64,000 nucleotides of DNA, taken from Octopus vulgaris (lineage: Eukaryota). Numbering within the stretch: the stretch's first letter is position 1; each line of letters opens with the position of its first letter. The notes under the pieces are model-generated. The model was not told where the DNA came from and did no database searches. It saw nothing but the letters and a program-made list of their open reading frames with translations. The stretch spans positions 202,120,001 through 202,184,000 of the forward strand of contig OX597815.1 of NCBI GenBank assembly GCA_951406725.2. The letters are read 5' to 3'. The position numbers were made by a program, and so were the translations under genes. This document shows, piece after piece, positions 25,332-37,780 of the stretch.

Positions 25332-26176
25332 AACACATTCGGGGTTCTGACGTTCGGGGTTTTTACATTCCAGTATCAGATTTTTCTCCCGTATAGAACG
25401 AAGTTTTGCGTTCAACCTTTGTCCATCCCTGCTTTTGATGAACCACTGTTATTCGCAGTAAAATTACCTGCAAAACGCGAGAGGAAGTTTATGGTAAACC
25501 CTCTTTACAACAATCTCAGACACATAGCGACTAACCAAACAATTGTATCATGTTTTCATAATTATAAAATATATAGTTGATGGCAGTGAACTACATAAAA
25601 TCTTTTTGAAGCCTCACAGAGAAGTTCTCACAGAGTTTGAGTTTCCTGTATATTATTTAAATTCTTATACAATTCCAGATCGAACTTAATCAGCCATACC
25701 TATGGCTTAATATATTTGGTTCATGACCACACAGTTGTACTGAGGTATTATATACCCCAGCTTGTATTGTCGAATCTTCTTCAAAGATTTTATGTCGTGT
25801 TGCACACATACATACGTATGTATTCATACATATATATGTACGTATATATCTGTGTGTGTATGTCTGTGTGCGTGTGTGTGTATGTGTGTATTTCTTTATG
25901 TGTCTGTGTGTATGTACAAGATCGACATTTGTGGTTAGAAAAAATATTTCGTTGCCTCTGATGACAACTCGACAAACTTTTCATTGGTGCTTCATTTACT
26001 GTCGGAGCAATTAGGAAAAGTACATATATATAACACACAAAACAAAAATTTATAAAACATTATACAACAATATTTCGGCACAAAAGAAGAATGTGTCAAT
26101 TTATCAAGTTTCCCCCTTATGAACAGCAACTTTGTCTAATCAAGTTAAGCTTTACAATGCGATATTCTCCCCAAAT

Positions 26177-26229
<53 letters not shown>

Positions 26230-26331
26230 CACATGCATACCAATATTATGTATATCTATATCAGTATTCATCTATCTCTCAATGTAAATTTGATATATAT
26301 ATATATATATGTCTGTCTATCTATGTGCATT

Positions 26332-26375
<44 letters not shown>

Positions 26376-26883
26376 GCACATAGATAGGTAGATAGATAGA
26401 CAGACAGACAGATGTATGTGTTGTATATGTGACGGTGGCTTTTTGAAATATATATTTATATTACAAATGGACATCATTAATCAAACGGAATTCTACTGTT
26501 AATGAAAATAACAACCCCTTTCTATTAGATTACACTCCTCACACTTCTTATATTAATTGACGCCATTGATATATTCACAGTTATTAACGTATCACTTATC
26601 GAAATCCAGTATATTCTAGTTACTAAATAGTATACGCTTTTTCATTTTCGCTATTCTTCTATTAAAAAGTATTCAATTATGTTCAACAACGCATAGAACA
26701 ATTTGTTATATTACAGACATATTTATACTGCCACGGGATAACGAGACTTTTCCAACAGCTAACATATTAACATGAATATCTGTCTCATTATGACTAAACG
26801 CAATTATGGAGTCAATCTTTTGTTGCAGTCAGCCTTTGTGTCTATACCTCAATTCATTCATCCATCTCTTCATCTGTCTCTTC

Positions 26884-27220
<337 letters not shown>

Positions 27221-27384
27221 AATGCGTGTAAGTCTCTTTGTCTGTCTGTCTATTTACCTATCTATTTACGTATTCAGCTACCCCCCTGTCTATCTGTATC
27301 TACCACCTGCATATCTCAATCTCCCTTTTCTCTCTAGTTTTTCTTATGTGCATATATGAACATAATTTGAGTATATAAACATTT

Positions 27385-27780
27385 GTTGTGTAAGCCCCTA
27401 AACAGGCGAAAATGTACAATGTCAACTAGAAACGGAAACAAAACAAATTTGCAGTTTTACCTTGTATTTCTATGTTTTGGGTCTATAACCCTTTCTTCTG
27501 GGTATTTGGAAAACCGACGGATAGAAAAGTTGTCGCTCTGATGTGTTGGAGAGGAAGGATTTGTATTGCTATAGTAACCAGTCTGCTCCATGTAGTTCCT
27601 TCTTATTATTAATGTTTGCTCTTAGTTTGCTGATAAACAGGGCCTCTATGATTCTGAAATTGCCTCTGTTGCGTTGAGTGGCCTTGATGGATAACTTGAA
27701 ATCTTGGGTCTGGCATTTTTTTTTATTGTAGTGTCAGTGTACATATGCTTTTGTGCACTACGTGCAAATTGATTTCATTA
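27385..27780 (-). mobile_element. Penelope-like element 3' remnant (GIY-YIG C-terminus plus 3' region)
   Basis: Minus strand QTQDFKLSIKATQRNRGNFRIIEALFISKLRANINNKKELHGADWLL* (stop 27569) resembles the EALxIxxLxPxxN tail of PLE endonucleases. Downstream is a degenerate hammerhead-like CCAGAAGAAAGGGTTATAGACCCAAAAC. Confidence 0.65.
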
Positions 27781-27992
27781 ACATTCTATACCGAAGAGGA
27801 TACAGATCAGGTACCGTAAAAAAAAGGGTGTGGCACACTAAACTCGCAGAAGGATGGTCAACAACAACAACAACAACATAACGAACAGCGACACTATCAA
27901 CAGCAACGCCAACGACAACATCCCAGCGACAGCAGCATCAACAACCACACGCACACACACATACACACACACACACACACACGTGTATATGT

Positions 27993-28214
27993 CTCTTTAC
28001 TCTCTTTTACTCTTTTACTTGTTTCAGTCATTCGACTGCGGTCATGCTGGAGCACCACCTTTAGTCGAGCAAATCGACCCCGGGACTTATTCTTTGTAAG
28101 CCCAGTACTTATTCTATCGGTCTCTTTTTGCCGAACTGCTAAGTGACGGGGACGTAAACACACCAGCATCGGTTGTCAAGCGATGGTGGGGGCCAAACAC
28201 TGATACATAAACAT

Positions 28215-28263
<49 letters not shown>

Positions 28264-28425
28264 TACGACAGGCTTCTTTCAGTTTCCGTCTACCAAATCC
28301 ACTCACAAGACATTGGTCGGCCCGAGGCTATAGCAGAAGACACTTGCCCAAGCTGCCACGCAGTGAGACTGAACTTGGAACCGTGTGGTTGGTAAGCAAG
28401 CTACTTAACACACAGTCACTCCTGC
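27993..28425 (-). mobile_element. SINE family A, full length
   Basis: Colinear with 546-999. Confidence 0.9.
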
Positions 28426-28982
28426 ACCTGTGTGAAAAAATAATATATATCAGCAAGTAAAATGGATATAAAACCTTTGAAACGCAAGTGTTGCCCATAT
28501 ATTTACTTCAGTTATTAAAGTGATTTTTAAAAATTCGAAAAATTGAATTCTAAATACTAGAAAAAGTTATGAAGGATTATATGGCGTGGTTAAAGTAGAA
28601 TACCACCAACATGTCATTGCAGTTCAACCTAAATACTAGAACTGATTTTTAGACTTGAAATTGTCTAAAAAATATTGCTGCCTGTGGAAATGAGAACACT
28701 TGAGTAACAGTTAAGATATATATGTAGTTCTTCACGGGACACCCGTCCTCAGAATTGTTGTATACATAATATCCTACGTATAAATACAAGCAGTTCTAAA
28801 GTATAAAAGTTTCAAATTAATAGAAAAAAGACATAATGATTACTTAGGTTACTTACAATAAAAGAAATTTTGAGGAAGGGATGTATCATTTCTGTGGATC
28901 ACAGTTCTTGCCCAATAACTAAGTCATCTGAAAGGAATATAGGAATGGGTTTATAGACCAGGGTATTATTGGATTAAGTAAT

Positions 28983-29018
<36 letters not shown>

Positions 29019-30704
29019 GTATATATACATATATAAATGTCACAAAACATATTTTAACTAATCTAAATCGTTCTTATGCCTAAGCACTTCTTGGCGCTAA
29101 TATCTCGGTAATTTCCACAACCCGGCGCGCTACTCGAACAAATCGGTCAATATCATTTACTGCATTTTACTTAAAGCTATAGCTTTAATAAGTTCTGTTC
29201 AGAGCTGACTCTCTTAGATATTCCCCATTAATAACAACTAAGGGACAAGAAACATCGATGTCTGGGAATTCTAATAGATGGCAACACTGAAGAAACATGA
29301 CGTTTTTGCACCTTTTTAGCATAAGGGAAAGTTCTTCCCATTTGGTAACTGCAATGAATTTGGCTTTTAGCAGTTGAAATACGTCACAAACGTATTTTAA
29401 CTAACCGAAACTATATACACAAACACACGCATATGCACACACATGAGTATAACATTGATTATTATTCAGAACCCGGCAACTAACGACTTAAGTCGATACT
29501 GTAATATATTTAAATATAGTGTATCTAGATTAGTCCACCACGTGAAAAGAAACAGTGTATAAAGCACTGCATTCTATTGGCAGCATAGGGTATCTCCAGT
29601 GTTGTCAATTCAGGATCCAATATAAATACGGCCAAAGTAATTTTCATTGAAGAATGTGTACATTTTTTAGAAAATGTACATTTTTGTAGCCACACAGACA
29701 CGATGTATTTATCATGCTGTGACAAGTGAGGCTCTATAACATCATAAAAGGCATTAAGTATCGTGAATGACGATGAGAAGAAGTACAGAGAGTAAATCTT
29801 CACTTCTAATCTATTTTGGTATATATTGTAATTTGCTGCTCATCCACCTTTAATTTTAAGAGAATAACATAATTCCAAGCATAACATAAATTGCTATGTA
29901 ACGTTATGTTATATAATTTCCTCAGTTCGAGAAAATCCTCATCGTTTGATTATCCTTTGATTTGGCGTAACGTTCTGTGATATTTTGTCACGAAAACTTT
30001 ATATTGCAGGGCTGAATAGGTTATTTCTATAACGTCCTGGCAATTTGGTATGAATAGCGAAAATGGCGACGATTGCGTGGGTTACATGTTGGAATACTTT
30101 AAAAGGAAATCTTATTCAGTGATTGACTGTTATTGACATCAGTTTTCTAAGCTGATTGAAGGCCACTAGATTGGGAAATGTTTAAGGGGTTTATTAGTTT
30201 ATAGTCGTTATTAGCTGATCTACGCCTTTGATGCTCTAAACCTTTGTTGCATTGATGTTACATATTAGCTTATTTTTCATATCAGATGAAATATATTTTC
30301 TCTGTATGTCACTTTGGTCTTTTAGAATGTAAAAATACAATGTCGTCGAAAATCAAAATGCAGCTTTTATATATTATCATAAATCTGTTTCTTGTAAACT
30401 TTAAAAGTTATTCTGCAAATGTAATGGAAGTTTTAAAATGTTTTTATGGGCATTCGTTTTGTTCTTGTGTTTTTTTGTGTTGTTACTAGAGACAAAGGTA
30501 AAATTTCTGAATTTTACCTTGCGAATTGATAAATAAATTCGCATAGATTTGTTTCTTAGTGGAATATGACAGATTTTATTACATAAGCCACCTATCCGTG
30601 CATAATATATTGACATACCAAATATTATAGGTAAAATGCCATTTGATATATAGGTAAAATTTTCAAAACAACATGCATGTAGTACTTTAGTCATTCTGGA
30701 GCAA

Positions 30705-30742
<38 letters not shown>

Positions 30743-30930
30743 GCGCGCACGTGCATGTGTGTATTTCGTTGGATTGTATCGGGTGTCACCTAATGGAATC
30801 AATCGGAATTCATGCGGATTCAACGCGCATATTCTTAACAGTAACCTTGTGTAAGCTACCGCCACGTAGATAATGCGCGGGGTGAGATTAAGAAATATAT
30901 TAAATGCATTAAACATGCATTCATATTTGA

Positions 30931-31150
30931 ATACCTATTTCTTTACTACCCACAAGGGGCTAAACACAGAGAGGACAGACACACGGATTAAGTCGATTAT
31001 ATCGACCCCAGTGCGTAACTGGTACTTAATTTATCGACCCCGAAAGGATGAAAGGCAAAGTCGACCTCAGCGCAATTTGAACTCAGAACGTAACAGCAGA
31101 TGAAATACGGCTACGCATTTCGCCCGGCGTGCTAACGTTTCTGCCAGCTC
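30931..31150 (-). mobile_element. SINE family B (TGTCCCCTCTGTGTTTAGCCCCTTGTGGG tail)
   Basis: Reverse complement of the copies at 33866, 40108 and 44251. Confidence 0.9.
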
Positions 31151-31373
31151 AACACGCACAACACACCGACACACATAAGTTCATGTAAGCACCATAACAC
31201 CGAATGTATATTAAATGACTTCAAAAGCAGCGTAATATATACGTGTATGTGTACGATGTATACGTGTGTGTGTTTGTGCCTCTGCGTGTATAAATAAATA
31301 TATATTATGCCATTTATATAAACATATATTTAAAATATGTAGGAGAAAGAGAAAGAAATAGACAGGTAGATTC

Positions 31374-31375
<2 letters not shown>

Positions 31376-31417
<42 letters not shown>

Positions 31418-31418
31418 G

Positions 31419-31480
<62 letters not shown>

Positions 31481-31515
31481 CATAGATAGATAGGTCGATA
31501 GATAGATAGACAGAC

Positions 31516-31571
<56 letters not shown>
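31376..31571. repeat. (TAGA)n microsatellite
   Basis: Seen directly in the sequence. Confidence 0.95.
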
Positions 31572-32594
31572 CCGGAAGCTTAACTGTAAACACCTCATGG
31601 ATCATTCAAGATCCATGTGAAATGAACCGTCTTATTTGTAATTATTCCAGCGTTACTAGATTATTCCTCATTCACGGTGAAACGGTTTATCTCAGAAGAG
31701 ATTGCTTGTTTTTGCACTGTATACGTATAATGAGTTCAGTAATGTTTAAATGAATTTAAAAAGTACACATGCATACATTCAGTTGGAAATGAGTATTAAT
31801 GCATAAATATATATGTATATTCATCCTCAAAACCATATTATTTTGCGCGCGTACACATATACGTTAACATGTGTGCCCGTGTGTTTAAATAAGGTGTGTT
31901 ATACGCAGTGTTATATATTAATAAAATTCATTATTAAAACATCATTCTTGTTTTAGATTTTATTTGAATTATTTAATAGAATTACGTATAATCTTATGGA
32001 GGGGGTAATTCTAATATGAACACGGATTTTGGTTCATATATCCTTAGAATATTTAATAATATTCTACAAATTATTCCCAAAAGCTCATTTTATATCAGGA
32101 TTGCAGAATATAAATCACTTTTTAAATTAGTTTTAAAAAATATAATAATAATTGTCTCCGAATGCAGCAAGTTGTTCATTTATTACTAATTCGGAAAAGA
32201 CTAGAATTTTAATTGGTTTCCAGCATTTCGCATGATTTAATGAAGAAATTTTGTCCCCGTGAGGTTTTTCATTGTGTGATAGTGAAAGATCGGTCGAAAG
32301 TTCTTACACATATGGCACAGGCCAGTTACTGATTTAAAAGTATGAAGAAATTCATAAAAATCGGGAAAAGAATTTGGGTCCTGTCTTAAAAGCCTATCTT
32401 CCTAAATTTTCTCGAATTAATATTTTAAACATTTTCTCATGCATACTTTTAGAATACAGTCATACAAATCAGCAAACACATTTGCTTGAGTCAGTACTGA
32501 TGCATATATATTCAAATTTACATCTCGCAACAAACACATGGACATATGTTTGTGTGATACACATATACGTATTTCGATATATACATACATAAAG

Positions 32595-33200
32595 TGTCAG
32601 AGATGCAGGAAAAGCCGTAAAATGTAACAACCGATGCAGACTTTGTGGAGTTCACACTGAAGATAGATATCACTCACATCATAAGCAGTTGCCTGAAAAT
32701 GTCATCGCAGTATTATATGCCAATGAGACATGACGTTGTAACTAGGACACTCTATAATGAAATCCGTCGTAAGGATAATCCCGAGGACAAAGAAATGAGA
32801 ACCCACAATATGGCTGAAGCTATAGTCACTCATAATAAAAAGGAACGCTGGTGGAATATACCAGTAAAGACCTCAGCAAAATTTAAGCTAAACAGACCTG
32901 ATATTATGATTTGGGATAGAGAAGAGAAACTGTGCAGTTGTTGAAATTAGCTGTCCAGCGGATGTTAACACATATGCCGAATTAATGAGAAATCTGCAGT
33001 TACTCTATCCAGATTACAAGTTCATGTCTATACCTATAATTATTGGAGGTCTGGGATATATAACACACTGACTTAATACCAGTCATGAGAAATTAGGCTT
33101 CTCAAAACCAGAAAGGAGAAAGCTAATTCGATGACTACAGATCCAATCCACCACTGGAACTGTTAAACGTGTAAAACTTTCCAGAATTTTACCATTCAAA
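32595..33200 (+). pseudogene. 3' fragment of a REL-endonuclease non-LTR retrotransposon (R2 group: R4/NeSL-like)
   Basis: CRLCG...DITHIISSCLKMSSQYYMPMRHDVV (CCHC knuckle plus RHD), NRPDIMIWDREEKLC..EISCPAD (PD-(D/E)xK), IPIIIGGLG; followed by a (TACA)n-rich tract. Confidence 0.85.
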
Positions 33201-33865
33201 TATATATGAGCATGTCTAGATATACAACTATATACATGAGAATATATACATAAAGCATACAAAACTGTATATACATACATACATGCTTGCATACATACGT
33301 AGATACATACATAGTGCATACATGCATACATACATACATACAAACCAAAATATTTTTGTTGATGTTGAAATTCCAATGAAGGAGCCTTGGATCTAGGTTA
33401 GAAATCGGTTCTTTCACTATTGGCAGGAAATCTTTTAACACCTATTCTTTGGGCTGCACGGCCCCCACAAATGTTAGTGAAATCTTTAAATTCCACTTTA
33501 GCCAGTTAGGTAAAGCAGCTAAGGCGTGTCTCGGTTAAGAAGAACGGAATTTGGTTTAACTGGTAGCTTGTCCAGCTCTTAGTATATGGAATTCTCCGTT
33601 TTTTATATTATTATTCATTAATAGAGATTCTTTAAGCATTGAACAGGATTGACGTTTCTACAGAATTTTCCACTCCGTTGCTTCAAGGATCGGGAATTTT
33701 TTTTTTGTCTATTTGTTTTGTTCTTGTGTCATACTGGGGGCATGTGTAGCACCGGCGAAGCAGTAGTCGCTGATGTGTCAAAATTACATTGTCTACCTGC
33801 ATCTCTTCCGTTAGATTTAGCATGGGTTTTCTTGGATAGTGGATGCTTGGCATCTAGAGTCACTG

Positions 33866-34088
33866 TGGCAGAATCGTTAGCGTGCCGGGCAAAATGCTTA
33901 GCGGTATTTCGTCTGCCGCTACGTTCTGAGTTCAAATTCCGCCGAGGTCGACATTGCCTTTCATCCTTTCCGGGTCGATTAAATAAGTACCAGTTACGCA
34001 CTGGGGTCGATATAATCGACTTAATCCGTTTGTCTGTCCTTGTTTCTCCTCTCTGTGTTTAGCCCCTTGTGGGTAGTAAATAAATAGA
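33866..34088 (+). mobile_element. SINE family B
   Basis: TGGCAGAATCGTTAGC...GAGTTCAAATTCC...CCTTTCATCCTTTCCGGGTCG...AGCCCCTTGTGGGTAGTAAA. Confidence 0.9.
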
Positions 34089-34518
34089 TATATAATAATT
34101 ACATCTTTTCTTTCTACTAGTTTTTTCGTGACTTGCGTAAATGAAATGGAGCAGCATTGTTTAACATTGGTTGTAGAAGCTCATGTTCAAAGGATAGGGA
34201 CCAGACTTGATGGGATTCTAATTATTGAGTCGGGGTCACATATTGGAGTTATTTTGTTCATACTTTTATATAAGTTTATGTTTGTATGGTGTGTTTGGTA
34301 CTTTGGGGTATGTCTATTGCCTCAGATGTGGGTTGAGGGTAATTTTGTTAAGTATCGTTGGATTGAGTAAGATTTTCCTTGTTAGTAGATTTAGCAGTAG
34401 CAGCACTAGATGATGTTTATTTTGACTGCAACGACGACAATGCTGAAGGATAAATAGGTACGTTAGCCGGTGAAGGGGGAACGGTGACCGAGGAATGAAA
34501 AGAATGCGTCGTGTTAGC

Positions 34519-34716
34519 TATTTCTTTACAACCCACAAGGGGCTAAACACAGAGGGGACAAACAAGGACAGACAAACGGATTATGCCGATTACATCGACG
34601 CCAGTGCGTAACTGGTACAAAGTCGACCTCGGCGTAACTTGAACTCATAACGTAGTGACAGACGAAATACTGCTAAGCATTTCGCCCGGCGCGCTAACGA
34701 TTCTGCCAGCTCGCCG
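34519..34716 (-). mobile_element. SINE family B with internal deletion; 8-bp TSD GTGTTAGC
   Basis: TSD at 34511-34518 and 34717-34724. Confidence 0.9.
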
Positions 34717-35166
34717 GTGTTAGCAGTGATGGGATGGACAACCAAAACTCATAAACACACAAAGCTTAGTAGAGGTAGTTTCTGCTTCTTTTCATCCTGT
34801 TGCTGCTACGGCTGCTGAACTGTATTATACAAATGAATTGGAGTATGGGTTTTTTTCAAAATATATCTAATATGATTGAAGGCTCTTAAAATTTGTTTTA
34901 GTTTTTCAATTGTTCCTGTTGATAGATTGTTGAAAAGTGAGGCAATATTGGCAGAAATGTCATAGAAACATGACAACGTGGTTTTCTTGATTCGGAAAAT
35001 TTGAAACAGGTTTCGATCGGTTTATTAGTTTTAATCTCTGAACGTTAGTCTAATCTATAGATGTAGTATCTTTCATTGCGATATGGATCAGCATTAACAT
35101 TTGTTAAGGCACATAATTATTTACCGATCTATTGTGGTTACTGTTATTTTGTTCTGATTTCAATTC

Positions 35167-35315
35167 TAATTTCTAAGTTCAAATTCCACCGAGGTTGACT
35201 TTGCCTTTCATCATTTTGGGATCGCTAAAATAAGTGTCAATTCAGCACTGAGGTCGATGTAATCGATTCAGCCCCCACCCCCGACATTGCAGGCCTTGGC
35301 CAAAATTTGGAAATT
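35167..35315 (+). mobile_element. SINE family B', 5'-truncated
   Basis: AGTTCAAATTCCACCGAGGTTGACTTTGCCTTTCATC...GGCCTTGGCCAAAATTTGGAAA. Confidence 0.75.
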
Positions 35316-35795
35316 ATTCAAACATATTCTATTCTACCGGTGCTTGAAATAAACACTTTCGGTGACATGTTTGCATTCATGCGTCAAATTAGGCAAATTA
35401 AATACGTTTAAAATTGTTTTCTCTATGCACTTTATTGTAAAATCTAAAACAACAAAAACTAATAATGTATTGAGTCAATATCGAATACGCAGATGTTCAT
35501 ATAACATTGAATTTATTGTTTGAAAGGGTGTGTTCGTGAACATGCGCAAGTCAATAGCACTGCAGAGCTGGAAAAACTCCTTCTACATGCATACGTGCGC
35601 TCGCGTGTATGTGTAAGCCAGCTATAGATACTTGTTTCCGTTACAAAATGTATAATTTTGTGATGAAATTAATACGTCTCTATATAATATTAATCTTTCT
35701 TTTCTTCAATATTCAAAGGATTGTCAATGAGAAAAAAGCAATTTCAAATATTTCAGTGAAATGAATTAAAATATAGAGAATACTTTAGGTATGTG

Positions 35796-35837
<42 letters not shown>

Positions 35838-35849
35838 ATGCATATGTGC

Positions 35850-36025
35850 GCACAACGCTTCCTGATGGCTTCGACACATTTTTCCTGTGTCCTTATATAC
35901 ATTTACGAAGGGGAGACAAACACCCCTAGCAGCCAGGCCTGCATCTAGAGCGGTGGTGTAACCCCCTACTGTCACGTTCACATTAGATTGACAGTATACA
36001 ACCATTCTTTCGCCCCACCACCGTA
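35850..36025. mobile_element. Fragment related to the hammerhead hairpin element family
   Basis: TTCCTGATGGCTTCGACACATTTTTCCTGTGTCC resembles the rod arm (TTCCAACTGGCTAACGACACACATCCTGTGTCC); GCGGTGGTGTAA..CTGTC..TTGACAGTATAC is shared with 10598-10648. Confidence 0.55.
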
Positions 36026-36059
36026 TATATCTGTATGGCAGATTTAGAAATTTAATATT

Positions 36060-36114
<55 letters not shown>

Positions 36115-36129
36115 GCAGAATGAGATAAC

Positions 36130-36540
36130 AAATCCAAGGCTGTGAGGAGTTCTTAGGACATTTATGATATAATTGAAATAGTCTTACAGATGTTTCTGTG
36201 ATATTATGGATATCTCTTCATAAGAGAGGGTGTGGAACATTATTTGAGTTCGAATAATTGTGGAAAAGGAGGAGATAAGAAATATAGAGGGAAATAGGAA
36301 AATGAAAGTAGAAATAAGATATATAATGATATTGTAGTTGCAGTTCCATTACTCGAGAAAAGCGGTGAATAGAAATGGTAAAAAAGTTTCCTGTACATGG
36401 TGTGTAAGTTCCAAAAGCAGTTCATGTTTAGTTATTTCAAAGTATGGAGCTGTGGAATCAGTGTTGTTCGTTCGAAAGGGTTTTGTGGCGTGAATGAAAA
36501 TTTGGGAATGCATTGTTAGCATTTGTGGATAGATGGGGAG
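36130..36540 (-). pseudogene. Possible very decayed Penelope-like RT fragment
   Basis: Minus-strand pieces LLLELTHHV..F, FSSNGTAT (resembling QxxGTAMG) and LMKRYP (resembling WxRYIDD) occur in the correct order across frames. Confidence 0.3.
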
Positions 36541-36890
36541 AGATAATTAGAGGAAGAAAGACACAGAAAAGAAAAAAAGGAAGAGTGAAAAACAAAGACT
36601 GAGAAAACTGAAGCAAGGGTGAAAGAATTAAGAAAGGGAGTGTTAGCTAGTGGTCAAGATAATGTGATGGGAGCATGGAAGAGGTGTGGGAAAGAATGTA
36701 AGGAGCAAAAGAGCGTGAGATATGTGAATAGGGGTGATATGACAGAGCTGTGGCGAGCTACAAAGGACAATGCTACTGACTTTTATAGCCCCAGGAAAAC
36801 ATATCTTCCAGATTGCTAATGACACACATAATGTGCCCGATTAGTATTTATGAGGTGAGGTCATCACTCCTACCTCTAGCCTTACATAAT

Positions 36891-36937
36891 ACACACGGAC
36901 TTAAGTGTCTGGGTGGTTACCCGTCCTCAGCGTGTGT
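36891..36937 (-). ncRNA. Minimal type-I hammerhead ribozyme motif (GAAA changed to GACA)
   Basis: Minus strand ACACACG-CTGAGGA-CGGGT-AACC-ACCCA-GACAC-TTAA-GTC-CGTGTGT: perfect 7-bp stem I, 4-bp stem II, palindromic loop III and GUC site. Confidence 0.75.
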
Positions 36938-37061
36938 TAATCGACAGCTAGTGATGGAAACTCATACGACTCGCAAAATACTATATTCTTTTTCCGGCGA
37001 CACACTGTCGCATATATAATTTTGCGAGTGGAATGATCTTTCATTACTAGCTGGTGTTTAA

Positions 37062-37107
37062 ATCACGCTGAGGACGGGTAAACGCCCAGAAACTGATATC
37101 AGTGTGT
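37062..37107 (+). ncRNA. Minimal type-I hammerhead ribozyme motif, degenerate near the cleavage site
   Basis: ATCACG-CTGAGGA-CGGGT-AAAC-GCCCA-GAAAC-TGAT-ATC-AGTGTGT: intact CUGANGA/GAAA core and stem II; mismatches in stems I and III. Confidence 0.6.
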
Positions 37108-37334
37108 ATCACGTAAGCTAGAGATGGGAACGATGGTCCCCCCCTGGCAATTACTAATCGGACACAGGATGTGTGTCGTTAGCCAGTTGGAAGAGATGTC
37201 TTCCTGGACCTATAAACATCAGTAACACAGTTCTTTATAGGACGCCACACTTGATTGGCAGTTATATGTTAAAATTCCGTATTACTACTGTTTATATCTC
37301 GCTCAAACATTTCATATAGTATATATATATACTA

Positions 37335-37460
37335 TTTTACTCTTTTACTTGACTGCGGCCATGCTGGAGCACCGCCTTTAATCGAGCAACTCGACCCAGG
37401 GACTTATTCTTTTATAATCCCAGTACTTATTCTATTTGTCTCTTTTGCCGAACCGCTAAG

Positions 37461-37462
<2 letters not shown>
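37335..37462 (-). mobile_element. SINE family A 3' fragment
   Basis: TTTTACTCTTTTACTTGACTGCGGCCATGCTGGAGCACCGCC...GCCGAACCGCTAAGT. Confidence 0.85.
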
Positions 37463-37511
<49 letters not shown>

Positions 37512-37514
37512 AAT

Positions 37515-37780
37515 AGGGAGAGTTTACGAAAAATACAAAAGACGAAGACAGGTGGTGTACAAAACAAACAGATGTATTAGTATAATGCTCAGGAATAGAA
37601 AAAGTCTTTTAAGTTTCGAGCCTATGCTCTTCTACAGAAAGGGACACAGAAAGAACATGGGGAGAAAAAATGTGTGTAATGGCTAACTATCTATCATAGC
37701 GTCTGACTCGGACAGAAGTGTCACACACGAGGAGGAAAGTAGGGGAGATAACAAAGTAAAGATGATCCCCCTCACGAAGG
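37515..37780 (-). mobile_element. Probable PLE pseudo-LTR remnant with a degenerate hammerhead-like motif
   Basis: Minus strand 37600-37640 reads CTGTAGA-A-GAGC-ATAG-GCTC-GAAAC, like PLE CTGANGA-A-stem-GAAAC ends; inserted next to (TA)n. Confidence 0.45.

Larger units (their letters stand above)
36749..37249. mobile_element. ~500-bp imperfect-palindrome (rod-like) element with hammerhead motifs in both polarities
   Basis: 36749-36986 pairs with the reverse complement of 37013-37249 almost without gaps; apical hairpin GCGACA-CAC-TGTCGC at 36997-37011. Confidence 0.85.

Noticed and set aside
28725-28760. Minus-strand CTGAGGACGGGTGTCCCGTGAAG, sharing CTGAGGACGGG with the rod ribozymes
   Set aside because: No GAAAC, no stem I or III, and no flanking arm similarity.
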